Notes: a model not told the origin generated them from the letters alone. A stretch of DNA of 64,000 nucleotides from Verrucomicrobiales bacterium (GCA_037439785.1 JBBIVJ010000021.1:8077-72076); one strand, 5' to 3'. Positions 16,314 to 26,852 are shown, counted from the stretch's first letter. Program-made: numbers and translations.

Positions 16314-17642
16314 ATGAAACGACGATTGCTGTTTTCCGGGCTGGTCCTGGCCCTGGGCGTCAACCTGTTTTTCGGCGCGCAGGTGTATGTGCGTTCGGCC
16401 GAGGCGGCGGGCAAGAACGACCTCTACCGGAACCTGCGCCTGTTCTCGCTGGTGCTGGAGCGGGTGCGGCAGGATTACGTGGACGGGGAAAAGCTGACCT
16501 ATCAGGACCTGGTGTACAGCGCCCTCAAGGGCCTGCTCAACTCGCTGGATCCGCACAGCGAATTTCTCGAACCCAGCCGCTACGGGGATTTCAAGGACGA
16601 CACCGAAGGGGCCTACGGCGGCGTGGGGCTGAGCATCCGGGCCGGCGGCGATTACCTGACCGTGGTCACGGTGTTCGAGGAAGGGCCCGCCTGGCGGGCG
16701 GGCATCCGGGCCGGGGACCAGCTCATCCGCATCGCCGGCCAGTCCGGCTTGCGCATGAGCGACAGCGAGGCGGTGCGGCTGTTGCGGGGGGCGCCGGGGA
16801 CCGAGGTCCAGGTCACCGTTCGGCGTCAGGACAGTGACGAGACCACCGAGCACGTGCTCAAGCGGGAGGTTATCAAGATCGAGACGGTGCGCGACCTGGA
16901 CGGCCGGCGGCGGTTCCCGCTGGGGGCCGACCAGATCGGCTATGTGCGGGTGCTGCAGTTTGGCGAGCAGACCACCCCCGAGCTGGAGCAGGCGATCAAG
17001 AAACTCCTCGAGGGGGGCATGAAAGGCCTGGTGCTGGACCTGCGGGACAACCCCGGCGGGCTGCTGGACCAGGCGGTCAAGGTCTGCAGCCTGTTTCTGC
17101 CGCCCAGGACGCTGGTCGTCAGCACCGAGGGACGCGACCCTGCCGACCGCCGCGAGTACCGCGTGCCCCCCCGTGGCGACCACCACGATTTCCCGATGGT
17201 GGTGCTCATCAACGAAGGCAGCGCCAGCGCCTCCGAGATCGTGGCCGGCTGCCTGCAGGACCTGCAGCGCGCGGTCATCGTGGGCGACAAGTCCTTCGGC
17301 AAGGGCTCGGTCCAGAGCGTCATCGAACTGCAGGACGGCGCCGCCATGCGCGTGACCACCGCCAAGTACTACACCCCCAGCCACAAGGTCATCCACGAAC
17401 AGGGCATCACGCCGGACATCGAGGTGAGCCTGACCCGCGAGGAAGAAGAGGCCCTGGCCATCCGCCGCACCCCGGGCTTGATCGAGTCCCCCGAGTACGC
17501 CGAGCGCCGCGAGGAGATTCTGGCCGTGCGGGACGGGCAACTGGTGCGGGCCACCGACCTCCTCAAGGGGGTGATGCTGTACCAGCAACGCAACGGCAAG
17601 CTGGCCCGCGCCCTGCGCCAGCCCACCTTGCCGCGGCCCTGA
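16314..17642 (+). CDS. Carboxyl-terminal processing protease (peptidase S41A, PDZ domain)
   Basis: LDPHSEFLEP, PDZ block GVGLSI...VVTVFEEGPAWRAGIRAGDQLIRI, catalytic GSASASEIVAGCLQD and FGKGSVQ. Start at MKRRLLFSGL (ATG 16314). Confidence 0.88.
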   Translation: MKRRLLFSGLVLALGVNLFFGAQVYVRSAEAAGKNDLYRNLRLFSLVLERVRQDYVDGEKLTYQDLVYSALKGLLNSLDPHSEFLEPSRYGDFKDDTEGAYGGVGLSIRAGGDYLTVVTVFEEGPAWRAGIRAGDQLIRIAGQSGLRMSDSEAVRLLRGAPGTEVQVTVRRQDSDETTEHVLKREVIKIETVRDLDGRRRFPLGADQIGYVRVLQFGEQTTPELEQAIKKLLEGGMKGLVLDLRDNPGGLLDQAVKVCSLFLPPRTLVVSTEGRDPADRREYRVPPRGDHHDFPMVVLINEGSASASEIVAGCLQDLQRAVIVGDKSFGKGSVQSVIELQDGAAMRVTTAKYYTPSHKVIHEQGITPDIEVSLTREEEEALAIRRTPGLIESPEYAERREEILAVRDGQLVRATDLLKGVMLYQQRNGKLARALRQPTLPRP

Positions 17643-17670
17643 CCCGCCGGCCCGGACCAGGCGCGGAAGC

Positions 17671-17745
17671 TGGAGCCAGTTGTCGGATTTGAACCGACGA
17701 CCGTCCGATTACAAATCGGATGCTCTACCGCTGAGCTAAACTGGC
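17671..17745 (-). tRNA. tRNA-Thr (anticodon UGU), CCA encoded
   Basis: Folded by hand: acceptor GCCAGTT/AACTGGC, D-arm GCTC-AGCGGTA-GAGC, anticodon arm TCCGA-TTTGTAA-TCGGA (UGU), T-arm GTCGG-TTCAAAT-CCGAC, discriminator T, then CCA. Confidence 0.9.
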
Positions 17746-17832
17746 CCCATGCACCTGGACAGTTAACCGTCAGTGCCCCGCGCAAGGCAAGCCGGCAGGC
17801 TCTGCGGCCGGCCGGCGTCCGGCGCACGCGCC

Positions 17833-18852
17833 ATGACCTCCCGGCCCGCCATCTCCGTCATTCTTCCCGTCCGCAACGCCGCCACCACCCTGCCCGCGGC
17901 CCTCGAGAGTCTGCGCGCGCAAACCCGGCCCGACTGGGAATGCCTGGTGGTGGACGACGGCTCGGATGATGACACCCCCGCCGTGGCCGAAGCCCGGGCC
18001 CGGCAGGACCCCCGTTTCCGCCTGCTCCGGACCCCGCCCCGGGGGCTGGTGGCCGCCCTCGAGACGGGGCGGACGGCGGTCCGCGGCCGCTGGCTGGCGC
18101 GACTGGATGCCGATGATGTCTGCCATCCGGAACGCCTCGCCGCCCAGGCCGCCGCGTTGGAGGCGGAGCCCTCGCTGGGGGTGGTCAGTTGCCAAGTGGA
18201 ACACGGTGGGGACCGCCACCGGCAGGGCGGCTACGCCCGCCACGTGGACTGGCTCAACCACCTGCTGACGCCGGAGGCCCTCGCCGCCAACCGGTTCATC
18301 GAATCGCCGCTGGCACATCCGTCGGTCATGTTCCGCCGCGAACTGCCGGCCCGGTACGGCGGCTACCGGGCGGGGGATTTTCCCGAGGATTACGAGCTGT
18401 GGTTGCGCTGGATGGACGCGGGCGTCCGCTTCCGCAAGGTCCCCCGGCCCTTGCTGGTCTGGACCGACCACCCGGACCGGCTCTCGCGCCGCGACCCGCG
18501 CTACCGCCCGGAGGCGTTTGCGGCCGTGAAAGCGCCGTGGCTGGCGCGGGTCCTGCGGCGGACCCTTGCGGGGCGTGCGCTCTGGGTTTGGGGGGCCGGC
18601 CGGACCAGCCGGCGGCGGCTGGAGCCGCTGTGGGCCGAGGGACTGAGCCCGGAGGGCTTTGTGGATGTGGACCCGCACAAGTGGGGGCGACATCGCGACG
18701 GCCGGTGGGTGGTCGGGCCGGACCGGTTGCCCTCGCCGGCGCAGGCCGTGGTGTTGGTGCACGTGGGCCGGTTGGGGGCGCGGGAGCTCATCCGCGCCCA
18801 CCTGGCCGCGGCGGGCTACGTCGAGGCGCGGGACTTCTGGGTCGCCGCTTGA
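17833..18852 (+). CDS. Glycosyltransferase family 2 protein
   Basis: ISVILPVRNAATTL...LVVDDGSDDDT...ARLDADD gives the GT-A fold DxD/DAD signatures. Start at MTSRPAIS (ATG 17833). Confidence 0.8.
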   Translation: MTSRPAISVILPVRNAATTLPAALESLRAQTRPDWECLVVDDGSDDDTPAVAEARARQDPRFRLLRTPPRGLVAALETGRTAVRGRWLARLDADDVCHPERLAAQAAALEAEPSLGVVSCQVEHGGDRHRQGGYARHVDWLNHLLTPEALAANRFIESPLAHPSVMFRRELPARYGGYRAGDFPEDYELWLRWMDAGVRFRKVPRPLLVWTDHPDRLSRRDPRYRPEAFAAVKAPWLARVLRRTLAGRALWVWGAGRTSRRRLEPLWAEGLSPEGFVDVDPHKWGRHRDGRWVVGPDRLPSPAQAVVLVHVGRLGARELIRAHLAAAGYVEARDFWVAA

Positions 18853-18902
18853 ACGACCCGGCGTGCCGGCAGGTACGGGGGCAAGGGCGGGCCGGCGCGA
18901 GT

Positions 18903-19835
18903 TCAGTGCATTTCCACTGCGCACGTGCCCAGGCCGCCGCGGGAGTAGTTGAACTGGACGTTGGGATGGTCGGCCAGCAGCGACATGGGCACGGCGGTGT
19001 CCACGATCCGCTTCGAGATCATGTAGGCGGTCAGCCGTTGGCCGAAGGGGTTGTCGTGCCGGCCGGCCTGCCAGATCGAGACCTTCTCGGCCTTCCAGGT
19101 CTCGACCGGCCCCACGGTGATGGCCCGGGTGGGGACCAGGGCGATGTTGCCGCCGCCGCTGGTGCGGGCGTTCTGGGCCACGGTCAGTGGATGCAGCTTC
19201 ACCACGCGCGTGGCCAGCTTGCGGTACTCGGCAGGGGGCGGCGGTTGGTCCTTCCAGCGGCCCTTGCGCTCGGGCGGGTCGTTGAAGGCCCAGTGCTTGA
19301 CGTCGCCCTGGCCGCCCTGCATGACCGCGCAGCGGACGCCGGCATCCCAGCTCTTCCGGTACGGGGCGGTGTCGGCCTTGGGGAAGTGGAGGTGGGCGTC
19401 GGGCATTCGCAGTTTCTTGTCCAGGCGGTCGAAGCACAGCTCGCGGTCGGCGCGCTCGAAGGAGAGCGGGTGGGTGACGGGGACCTCGCGGCCGTCCAGG
19501 AACCACTCGTCCATGCCCCAGAAGTGGGCCGAGCGGACGTCCAGGCCGAGGGTGTTGACGAGGCGGGCGACCAGGGGCAGTTGCTCGGTGGGGCCGATGG
19601 GACCGCAGACGCCCACGGGGTTGTCGTCGGTGCTCTGCCGCCAGGCCTCGACGTACTCGAGGGCCTCGGCCAGGTAGAACTCCTCGAGGGTGTCATAGAG
19701 CACGACCTTGAAGCCCGGCCGGCTGAGGCGTTCGAGGTCGCGCGGCGTCAGGCGGGCGACAGCCTCGATGAGCTCGGGGTCCAGGGTGGTGTAGTCCCAC
19801 CAATCCGGGGCGATGGCGCTGAGTCGGCGTGGCAT
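18903..19835 (-). CDS. NagB/RpiA-superfamily glucosamine-6-phosphate deaminase-like protein
   Basis: WGMDEW (compare NagB FNMDEY) and [14 protein letters not shown] (compare GG.G.DGHIAFNEP). Start at MPRRLSAI (ATG 19835). Confidence 0.65.
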   Translation of the reverse strand: MPRRLSAIAPDWWDYTTLDPELIEAVARLTPRDLERLSRPGFKVVLYDTLEEFYLAEALEYVEAWRQSTDDNPVGVCGPIGPTEQLPLVARLVNTLGLDVRSAHFWGMDEWFLDGREVPVTHPLSFERADRELCFDRLDKKLRMPDAHLHFPKADTAPYRKSWDAGVRCAVMQGGQGDVKHWAFNDPPERKGRWKDQPPPPAEYRKLATRVVKLHPLTVAQNARTSGGGNIALVPTRAITVGPVETWKAEKVSIWQAGRHDNPFGQRLTAYMISKRIVDTAVPMSLLADHPNVQFNYSRGGLGTCAVEMH

Positions 19836-19918
19836 GGCGGTGAAGATTGCCGCCGAATCTACCGTCGGCCCGCCGGGAGGTGAAGCCGGAACTGCGGGGG
19901 GCGGCGGCGTTCCCGACC

Positions 19919-19946
19919 TTGTCAACCTGCCGGCCCCGGCTACACT
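19919..19946 (+). promoter_or_regulatory. Sigma70-like promoter upstream of xylA (TTGTCA-16 nt-TACACT)
   Basis: -35 TTGTCA at 19919-19924 and -10 TACACT at 19941-19946, 34 nt upstream of the xylA ATG. This is a sequence match only. Confidence 0.3.
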
Positions 19947-19980
19947 CCGGGCCGCACAACACACCCTTGCACATTGAGCC

Positions 19981-21312
19981 ATGAAAAAAAACCCCCGTTC
20001 CAGGCAGGCCTTCCCGGATGTCCCCGTGATCCGCTACGAAGGGCCGGACTCGAAGAATCCCCTCGCCTTCAAGTGGTACAATCCCGACGAGCTGGTCGAG
20101 GGCAAGCCGATGAAGGACCACCTGCGTTTCTCGGTGGTGTACTGGCACACGCTGCGTGGGACCGGCTCGGACATGTTTGGTGTGGGGACCTGGCAGCGGC
20201 CGTGGGAGGACGGCACCAACTCCCTGGCCATGGCCCTCAAGCGCGTGCCGGTGCTTTTCGAGTTTTGCCAGAAGCTGGGCGTGCCCTTTTACGCCTTCCA
20301 TGACCGGGACGTGGCTCCCGAGGGCCGGAACCTGGCCGAGACCAACAAGAACCTCGACCGCGTGGTCAAGGAGATGAAGAAGCTCCAAAATGACACCGGC
20401 ATCGGCCTGCTCTGGGGCACCGCCTGCCTGTTTGCCCACCCCCGCTACATGCACGGGGCGGCCACCAGTTGCAACGCCGACGCCTTCGCCTACGCCGCCG
20501 CCCAGGTCAAAAAGGCCATCGAGGTCACCCACGAACTGGGCGGGGCCGGCTACGTTTTCTGGGGCGGCCGCGAGGGCTACACCACCCTGCTCCACACCGA
20601 TCTGAAGCGGGAAATGGACCACCTGGGCGCCTTCCTCCACATGGCCGTGGACTGGAAGAAAAAGATCGGCTTCAAGGGCCAGTTCTACATCGAACCCAAG
20701 CCCAAGGAGCCCACCAAGCACCAGTACGACTCCGACGCCGCGGCCTGCCTGAATTTCCTGCGCCAGTACGACCTGTTGAAGGACTTCAAGCTCAACCTCG
20801 AGACCAACCACGCCACCCTGGCCGGCCACACCATGCAGCATGAACTGGAAGTGGCCGGTGCCGCCGGCGCGCTCGGGAGCATTGACGCCAACACCGGCGA
20901 CCTGCTCCTGGGCTGGGACACCGACCAGTTCCCCACCGACCTGTACCTGACCACCCAGATCATGCTCACCATCCTCAAGTACGGCGGCTTCACCACCGGG
21001 GGGACCAACTTCGACGCCAAGGTCCGCCGCGAAAGCTTCGAGCCGGTGGACCTGTTCCACGCCCACATCGGGGGCATGGACGCCTTCGCCCGTGGCCTGA
21101 AAATCGCGGCCAAAATCCGCGCCGACGGCCGGCTGGCCAACTTTGTGAAAGGCCGCTACGCCTCCTGGGACGGCGGCATCGGCCAGCAAATCGAGCAGGG
21201 CAAGGTCGGCTTCGAGGAACTCGAACAGTACGCCTTGAAGATGGGCGAGGTGCGCACCAACCAGAGCGGCCGCCAGGAGATGCTCGAAAACCTCCTCAAC
21301 GAGTTCATCTGA
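19981..21312 (+). CDS. xylA: Xylose isomerase (class II)
   Basis: [19 protein letters not shown]...[10 protein letters not shown]...FHDRD...FWGGREGY...[16 protein letters not shown]...[13 protein letters not shown]... shows near-canonical XylA blocks. Confidence 0.93.
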   Translation: MKKNPRSRQAFPDVPVIRYEGPDSKNPLAFKWYNPDELVEGKPMKDHLRFSVVYWHTLRGTGSDMFGVGTWQRPWEDGTNSLAMALKRVPVLFEFCQKLGVPFYAFHDRDVAPEGRNLAETNKNLDRVVKEMKKLQNDTGIGLLWGTACLFAHPRYMHGAATSCNADAFAYAAAQVKKAIEVTHELGGAGYVFWGGREGYTTLLHTDLKREMDHLGAFLHMAVDWKKKIGFKGQFYIEPKPKEPTKHQYDSDAAACLNFLRQYDLLKDFKLNLETNHATLAGHTMQHELEVAGAAGALGSIDANTGDLLLGWDTDQFPTDLYLTTQIMLTILKYGGFTTGGTNFDAKVRRESFEPVDLFHAHIGGMDAFARGLKIAAKIRADGRLANFVKGRYASWDGGIGQQIEQGKVGFEELEQYALKMGEVRTNQSGRQEMLENLLNEFI

Positions 21313-21472
21313 GCAACCGCCCCGCTGCAGCCACCGCCACGGCGCTTCCCGTTCGAGCCCGCGGGCGGGCATGACCGCCCTGTCGCCCCGACGCCTTCGG
21401 GGGCGGTCGGTTGAACCCCGTCGCCAGTCGCCCGCTCTGCGCGCCGTCGTGCCCCCCGGCCGGTGGTGGCTC

Positions 21473-21790
21473 CTAAACCGTCACCGCCGTGCCGCTGACA
21501 GTGACCATGAGCATGCTGCCCTGGCCGCCGACGGTTTCGTAGTCGAGGTCCACGCCGACGACCGCGTTGGCGCCGAGTTCCGCCGCGGCGTTTGTCATCT
21601 CCTCGATGGCGGTCAGGCGTGCGTCCCGGAGGACCTTTTCGTAGGCCCCCGAGCGCCCGCCCACGATGTCGCGGATGCTGGCAAACAGGTCGCGAAAGAG
21701 GTTGGCGCCGACAATGGCCTCACCGGTGACGATGCCGTGGTACTGGCGGATGGTCCGCCCCTCAACCGTGGGAGTGGTGGTCACGATCAT
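21473..21790 (-). CDS. YbjQ-family (UPF0145) protein
   Basis: [52 protein letters not shown]...[10 protein letters not shown]... matches the full-length YbjQ pattern. Confidence 0.85.
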   Translation of the reverse strand: MIVTTTPTVEGRTIRQYHGIVTGEAIVGANLFRDLFASIRDIVGGRSGAYEKVLRDARLTAIEEMTNAAAELGANAVVGVDLDYETVGGQGSMLMVTVSGTAVTV

Positions 21791-21981
21791 GGAAGGGAGT
21801 GTGCCACCGCACTCCCGCGCGGCGAGTGGAACCTGACCCCGCGTTTGGAATCGCCCCGGAGCGGCGAACGGGTCCCCCCCGCACGGCGGGTCGGGAAGGG
21901 GCTCCTCGCGGCCGGGTCGGCCGTGCTCGGGCCGCGGCGGGGTACTGCGGCGGGCTGGCGCCCTGAAGCGGGGCGGGCCGC

Positions 21982-24165
21982 TCAGTCCCGTTCGACGCCG
22001 CTGGTCCAGTACTGGCGGAGCTGCTCCGGCGGGGGGACCTTGAAGGGCCGGACAATGCGGAAGCCGACCCACGGGGCGTCCGAATGCCACCAGATGCTCT
22101 TGGGCAGTTGGGGGTCGCGCATCTTCCAGGCGCGCTCCGAGCCGCGCCGGGCCGCGCTGCGGAGGCGCTCGGGCGGGTCATCGTAGGAGCCGCCGCGCAC
22201 GACGTGCGGGTAGGGGACGGTGGCCTTGTACCAGGGGTCCACCACGCCAACCTTTTCCATGACCCTGGCGTAGTCGGGGACGTACTCGTCCAGGCACCAT
22301 TCCCAGACGTTGCCGTGCATGTCATGCAGGCCCAGGGGGTTGGGCTTTTTGCGGCCGACCTTCTGGTACTTGAAGTCGCTGTTTTCCTCGAACCAGGCGT
22401 ACTGGTCGAGCTGGGCGGGGTCATCCCCGAAGGAATAGGCGATGGTGGTGCCGGCGCGGCAGGCGTATTCCCATTCCGCTTCGGTGGGCAGGCGGTAGAA
22501 GTGGCCGGTCTTGGCGCTGAGCCAGTGGCAGTACTTGTTGGCCGAGTGCTGGGTCATGCAGATGGCGGGGTAGCCGTCGCGGCCCATGCCGAAGCTCATT
22601 TCGGTGTACGGCTTGGAGGGCCGGGACACCGCGTCGGAGACCTGGTTGATGGCCTCTTCGACGGGGAACTCGGTGCGGAGTTTCTTCTCGTCGTCCGGGT
22701 ACAAGAACAGTTCGTACTCATTCCAGGTGACCTCGAACTTGCCAATCCAGAAGGGGGAAACGGTGACCTTGTGGCGCGGGCCCTCGTCCGGTTTGCGGCC
22801 CGGTTCGTTTTCGGGGCTGCCCATCTCGAATTCGCCGCCGGGCACGGGGATCATGACGTAGGTCACCTGGGTGCCGGGGATGGTGTTGGTGTAGGGGCGC
22901 ATGTCGCGGGGGTCGCGCAGGGCCTCCTTTTCCAGGGTGGCAAGGATGCGCTTCCAGATTTGGGGTACGGTGGCGTCGTCGTTGTCGGCCATCGAGCCGA
23001 TCTTGCCGTACAGGCCGGCCACGCAGGCGCCCTCCTTCCAGGTGTAGGCCTGGGCGTGGGTGGTGTACTTCGAGTAGTCGGGCGCCTCGAACAGCAGGAA
23101 GCCCGCTTCCAGCGCCACGGCGCCAAAAAACAGGTCGCCCGTGTGGGGGGCCAGGGTCTGGACGGAGCCTGGGGCGGCGTCGAGGTCCCAGGTGAACAGC
23201 TCCGCCCCCTCACCCTTGCCCCAGAGCACCAGCAGGCGGTCGGCGGCCGCGTCGCCGGGCACGGCCAGGGCCAGTTTGATGGGTTTGCCCAGGTCAAACG
23301 AGCGCACCGGCCCGAGCGTGGCGCTGTCGGGGCCGACGCTTTCCACCGCCGCCGCCAGGAGCCGCGATTCGCCCGGCTGGTAGAAAAGCAGGTCGGCCTC
23401 CGGCCGCCCGCGGAAGTGGCCCACCCCCCAGGCGGCGTCCCTGGGCAGGCCGCCCTCGACGCCGGTGATGAGCCGGGGTTCGGCGCCGGAGAAATCGGCC
23501 ACCACCCAGCGGCTGTCGCTTTCGCCCGGCAGGATGCCGGCAGCCCACTCGGGGCCGTCCCGCTTGAGGGGCACGCGGTTGAGCCGGACCGCCTGGTGCT
23601 CGAGCGGGTTTTCTGCAACCACCGTGGCCTGGCCGGGGCCGCTGCCGTTGCGCAGCAGGGAGGCTTTGAAGGGTTCGGGGTCGTTGTAAATGCTGACCAC
23701 CAGCAGATCGTGCAACGGGGTGGCGCCCTCAGCGCCAATTTCGGTGGCCAACACGCTGTGCGGTCCCAGCAACTCGAAGGGGATGGGAACCGGCGGGCTG
23801 ATCTGGCCGGCCTGGGCGAGTTCCACCGCGGCCAACTGGTTGGCGTCGGCCGCCGCCGCGGCCAGGGCATCGCGGTCGGGCGCGAAGAGCCGGCCCACGG
23901 TCAGCCCGGTCAGGTCCTTCACGCCGCAGAGCCGGTTGTCAGCCCACTGGAAGGAGCCGTCCGGCTGCGCGTAGCCGGGACGGACCTTGCCGCTGGCGCG
24001 GTCCACCACCACCACGTCGGTCCGCCCGTCGCCGTTCCAGTCGCCGGTGCTGAAAAATTCGCGTTCGGTCTCCCAGACGAAACCCGCGGCGGCGGCGGTT
24101 CCCATCAGAGCGGCCGCCCAGCCGGCAGACACCCGCGCGGGTCGGAATAGGTTCAAAGCTCGCAT
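21982..24165 (-). CDS. FG-GAP/VCBS-like N-terminal region fused to a formylglycine-generating-enzyme (SUMF1/FGE-sulfatase) domain
   Basis: N-terminus [20 protein letters not shown]-terminus ...[14 protein letters not shown]...[16 protein letters not shown]...[15 protein letters not shown]...VVRGGSY (FGE-domain signatures). Start at MRALNLF (ATG 24165). The track ORF upstream of that is antisense to the next gene. Confidence 0.8.
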   Translation of the reverse strand: MRALNLFRPARVSAGWAAALMGTAAAAGFVWETEREFFSTGDWNGDGRTDVVVVDRASGKVRPGYAQPDGSFQWADNRLCGVKDLTGLTVGRLFAPDRDALAAAAADANQLAAVELAQAGQISPPVPIPFELLGPHSVLATEIGAEGATPLHDLLVVSIYNDPEPFKASLLRNGSGPGQATVVAENPLEHQAVRLNRVPLKRDGPEWAAGILPGESDSRWVVADFSGAEPRLITGVEGGLPRDAAWGVGHFRGRPEADLLFYQPGESRLLAAAVESVGPDSATLGPVRSFDLGKPIKLALAVPGDAAADRLLVLWGKGEGAELFTWDLDAAPGSVQTLAPHTGDLFFGAVALEAGFLLFEAPDYSKYTTHAQAYTWKEGACVAGLYGKIGSMADNDDATVPQIWKRILATLEKEALRDPRDMRPYTNTIPGTQVTYVMIPVPGGEFEMGSPENEPGRKPDEGPRHKVTVSPFWIGKFEVTWNEYELFLYPDDEKKLRTEFPVEEAINQVSDAVSRPSKPYTEMSFGMGRDGYPAICMTQHSANKYCHWLSAKTGHFYRLPTEAEWEYACRAGTTIAYSFGDDPAQLDQYAWFEENSDFKYQKVGRKKPNPLGLHDMHGNVWEWCLDEYVPDYARVMEKVGVVDPWYKATVPYPHVVRGGSYDDPPERLRSAARRGSERAWKMRDPQLPKSIWWHSDAPWVGFRIVRPFKVPPPEQLRQYWTSGVERD

Positions 24166-24390
24166 GACACGGTTTTGTTTGCGCGGGACTGTCCGGGGCG
24201 CCGGTGCAAATGTCAATGCAACGGGCTCCCCGCGCAGGGGTGGCCACGCCGCCTCTGGCGGGGCGGGGGCGGCCGATTTGACAAGCGCCCGGACGATGCG
24301 ACCTTGGCTGCGAATCCATGAACCGGGCCCAACCGACGCCTGCCGGTGCAGGTGTGCCCGGTTCGTCAACCTGAACTCCGCGAACCTGCC

Positions 24391-26757
24391 ATGCACTCCT
24401 GCCGCCTCCCCTGGCGCCCCGTCACGGCCTGCGGTGCCGCGCTCCTCGCCCTGCCGCTCCTGGCCGCGCCCATCCCCAAGCTCTTCAACACCGGTGTGGA
24501 CGACACGGGGGCGCCGTTGCCCAACGCGACGGTGGACCCGCATTACACCCTGATCGAGAGCCCGGACGCCGAGCATCCCGGGCCGCAGACCTTCACCCTC
24601 GAGGCCGGCTGGCCGGTAGCGCCTGCCGGGCCATGGGTGGCGGACAGTGCCGTCTCGCGCTGGATCGCCCCCCGCGCCCGCCAGAGCACCGGCAACGCCC
24701 CCGGCACCTACACTTACCGCACCACCTTTGACCTCACCGGCTTTGACCCCGGCAAGGCCCGCATCACCGGCCGCTGGACCTCGGACAACAGCGGGGTGGA
24801 CATCGTGCTCAACGGGACATTTCTGGGGCTGAGCCACGGCGGCAATTTCGGTCAGTTCCATGACTTCACCATCGAGTCCGGGTTCGTCGAGGGCACCAAC
24901 ACCCTGGACTTCATCGTGTTCAACGCCGGCGACGCCGTGAACCCCACCGGCCTGCACGTGGAAATGGTCGGCACCGTCGAAATCGCCGGCGAACCGCCCC
25001 GCCTCCTCAGCGCCCCCACCGGCGGGACCTACGTGGTGGGCGATGACGTCACCTTGAGTGTGGTGGCCGACGGCACGCCGCCGTTGACCTACCAGTGGCG
25101 GCGCAACGGCGCGGACCTGCCGGGGGCCACGGAGGCGACGCTGACCCTCACGGGCATCACCCTGGACCAGGAGGGGGATTACACGGTGGTGCTCCGCAAC
25201 GCCGTGGGCGAGCTGACCAGCCCGGCGGTCCGGGTGACCGTGCTCGAACCGTTGCCGGGCCTGTTCAACACCGGCGTGGACGACCAGGGTTTTGTCCTGT
25301 TCGACGGCGCGGAGGACCCGCACTACCGGCTGGTGGTCAACCCCGACGACCCGAACGTGACCGTGCCGCTGGTCCAGGATTCCACCGTCTTCCCCATCGT
25401 GGCCGGGCCGTGGGTGGCCAACTCGGACACCTCGGCCTGGATCGGCCCGCGCTTCGAGACCAGTGCCGCCGCCGGCGGGGATTACGTCTATGAATTGGAG
25501 GTGGACCTGACCGGGTTCGATCCGCGCACGGCCTTCATCGCCGGGTTCTGGGCCACGGACAATGCCGCGCAACTGCTGCTGGACGGCGGCCCCACCGGCC
25601 TCAGCAACGCCGGTAACTTCGACACCCTCTCCCCGTTCCGGCTCGAGGGTCTGTTTCTGACCGGCAAGAACAAGCTCCAGTTTCGGGTCAACAACGCCGG
25701 CACCGGCTACACCGGTCTGCGTGTGCAGGGCCTGCGCGGCGGCGCCCGCCGCGGTACCGCCGGCGATGTCCCCCGCATCATCTCCCAGCCGGCCGGCGGC
25801 CTGTTGCTGACCGGCGAAAGCCTCACCTTGTCCGTCCTGGCCGACGGCGCCCGCCCCCTCGAGTACCTGTGGCGCAAGAACGGCGGCGACCTGGCCGGGC
25901 GCACCGACCCCGAGTTGCGCCTGGAAAACGTGACGCGGGGCGATGCCGGTGACTACACCGCGGTCATCCGCAACTTCGCCGGCGCCGTCACCAGCGTGGT
26001 GGCCACCGTGACCGTCCTCAATCGCGTGCCGGGGGTCTTCAGTACCGGCGTGGATGCCGCCGGGACAGTCCTGCCCGATGGCGAGATGGACCCGCATTAC
26101 CGGTTGGTGGTCAATGCCACCGACCCGCAGTCGCAGAATGCTTTCGTCCACGACTCGACCATCTTTCCCATCGTGACCGGCCCGTGGGTGGCCAACACCG
26201 ACCGCTCGAAATGGATTGCCCCGCTAACTAATTCCGGTGCTGCGGCCGGGGGCGATTATGCCTACCGCACCAGCTTCGACCTCACCGGCTTTGATCCGGC
26301 CACGGCGGTGCTGATGGGAAGCTGGGCCACCGACAACCTCGGCACCGACATCAAGCTCAACGGCGTCAGCACCGGCCTGGCCAACTCCGTCCAGTTCGGG
26401 GCCTTGACCCCCTTCACCCTCTCGACCGGGTTCATCGAGGGCGTCAACACGCTCGAGTTCCACCTCAACAACTCCGACCCCGTGACCGGCTACACCGGCC
26501 TGCGGGTGGACAACCTCCGCGTGGGCGCCCGGCCCGTGGCGGGCGCCTCTCCCAGCCTCGCGGTCCGCCGCGAGGGGGGCAACGTGGTCATCGCCTGGCC
26601 GGCGGCGGCCGCCGGTTACCGGTTGTACGGCTCGCCGGCACTGGGACCGGCCGCGACCTGGACCCTCGTCAACCTCACCCCCGCCACGGAGGGCGACCGC
26701 CTGGTGGTGACGCTGGCACCCACCGGCACCACGCAGTTTTTCCGGCTGCAGCGCTAG
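24391..26757 (+). CDS. Secreted repeat protein: three roughly 260-aa modules (LFNTGVDD-type beta-sandwich domain, with Ig I-set domains after the first two), plus a roughly 70-aa C-terminal ...FFRLQR domain
   Basis: Signal peptide. Module starts at aa 31, 291 and 550 (LFNTGVDD / LFNTGVDD / VFSTGVDA). Ig-like blocks ...LSVVADGTPPLTYQWRRNG...GDYTVVLRN... and ...LSVLADGARPLEYLWRKNG...GDYTAVIRN.... Confidence 0.75.
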   Translation: MHSCRLPWRPVTACGAALLALPLLAAPIPKLFNTGVDDTGAPLPNATVDPHYTLIESPDAEHPGPQTFTLEAGWPVAPAGPWVADSAVSRWIAPRARQSTGNAPGTYTYRTTFDLTGFDPGKARITGRWTSDNSGVDIVLNGTFLGLSHGGNFGQFHDFTIESGFVEGTNTLDFIVFNAGDAVNPTGLHVEMVGTVEIAGEPPRLLSAPTGGTYVVGDDVTLSVVADGTPPLTYQWRRNGADLPGATEATLTLTGITLDQEGDYTVVLRNAVGELTSPAVRVTVLEPLPGLFNTGVDDQGFVLFDGAEDPHYRLVVNPDDPNVTVPLVQDSTVFPIVAGPWVANSDTSAWIGPRFETSAAAGGDYVYELEVDLTGFDPRTAFIAGFWATDNAAQLLLDGGPTGLSNAGNFDTLSPFRLEGLFLTGKNKLQFRVNNAGTGYTGLRVQGLRGGARRGTAGDVPRIISQPAGGLLLTGESLTLSVLADGARPLEYLWRKNGGDLAGRTDPELRLENVTRGDAGDYTAVIRNFAGAVTSVVATVTVLNRVPGVFSTGVDAAGTVLPDGEMDPHYRLVVNATDPQSQNAFVHDSTIFPIVTGPWVANTDRSKWIAPLTNSGAAAGGDYAYRTSFDLTGFDPATAVLMGSWATDNLGTDIKLNGVSTGLANSVQFGALTPFTLSTGFIEGVNTLEFHLNNSDPVTGYTGLRVDNLRVGARPVAGASPSLAVRREGGNVVIAWPAAAAGYRLYGSPALGPAATWTLVNLTPATEGDRLVVTLAPTGTTQFFRLQR

Positions 26758-26788
26758 GGTCCGGCTGTCGCCAATTCACCTCCATCGG

Positions 26789-26819
26789 CCGGCGGTAGCG
26801 TTTCCGCCGGTCTTTTTTT
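26789..26819 (+). terminator. Rho-independent terminator of the Ig-repeat gene
   Basis: CCGGCGG-tagcgttt-CCGCCGG followed by TCTTTTTTT, 32 nt after the stop. Confidence 0.7.
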
Positions 26820-26852
26820 GACCGGGGGCGCCGGCGCGGCCAGACTCTCCCC

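Noticed and set aside
16176-17588. N-terminal 470 aa of the 1022-aa minus-strand ORF (14520-17588)
   Set aside because: This part lies antisense to the well-supported S41 protease gene. The TPR protein has its own signal peptide starting at 16175/16163.
17369-17827. 152-aa minus-strand ORF containing ...SAVEHPICNRTVVGSNPTTGS...
   Set aside because: This peptide is the translation of the tRNA-Thr gene, the classic tRNA read-through artefact.
17643-17832. tRNA-Thr as a possible genomic-island integration site
   Set aside because: There is no integrase, no direct repeat of the tRNA 3' end, and no mobile genes on either side. The flanking genes are ordinary (an S41 protease and a GT2 glycosyltransferase).
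19693-21372. 559-aa minus-strand ORF. The same reasoning applies to 26754-28409, 6363-7967, 34642-35967, 44257-46005, 49197-50963 and 52467-53996.
   Set aside because: All lie antisense to genes with canonical family motifs (xylA, GH127, the PaaK-like gene, the DUF4832-like gene, adk, murA, sdhA). They have GC-bias low-complexity composition.
21372-21410. GC-rich hairpin downstream of xylA (GACCGCCC...GGGCGGTC) considered as a terminator
   Set aside because: The loop is long and irregular and no T-run follows. It is too weak to call.
24166-26151. N-terminal 660 aa of the 1389-aa minus-strand ORF (21982-26151)
   Set aside because: It lies antisense to the Ig-repeat gene. The FGE-fusion protein has a plausible start at MRALNLF (24165), and upstream of that the frame is low complexity.
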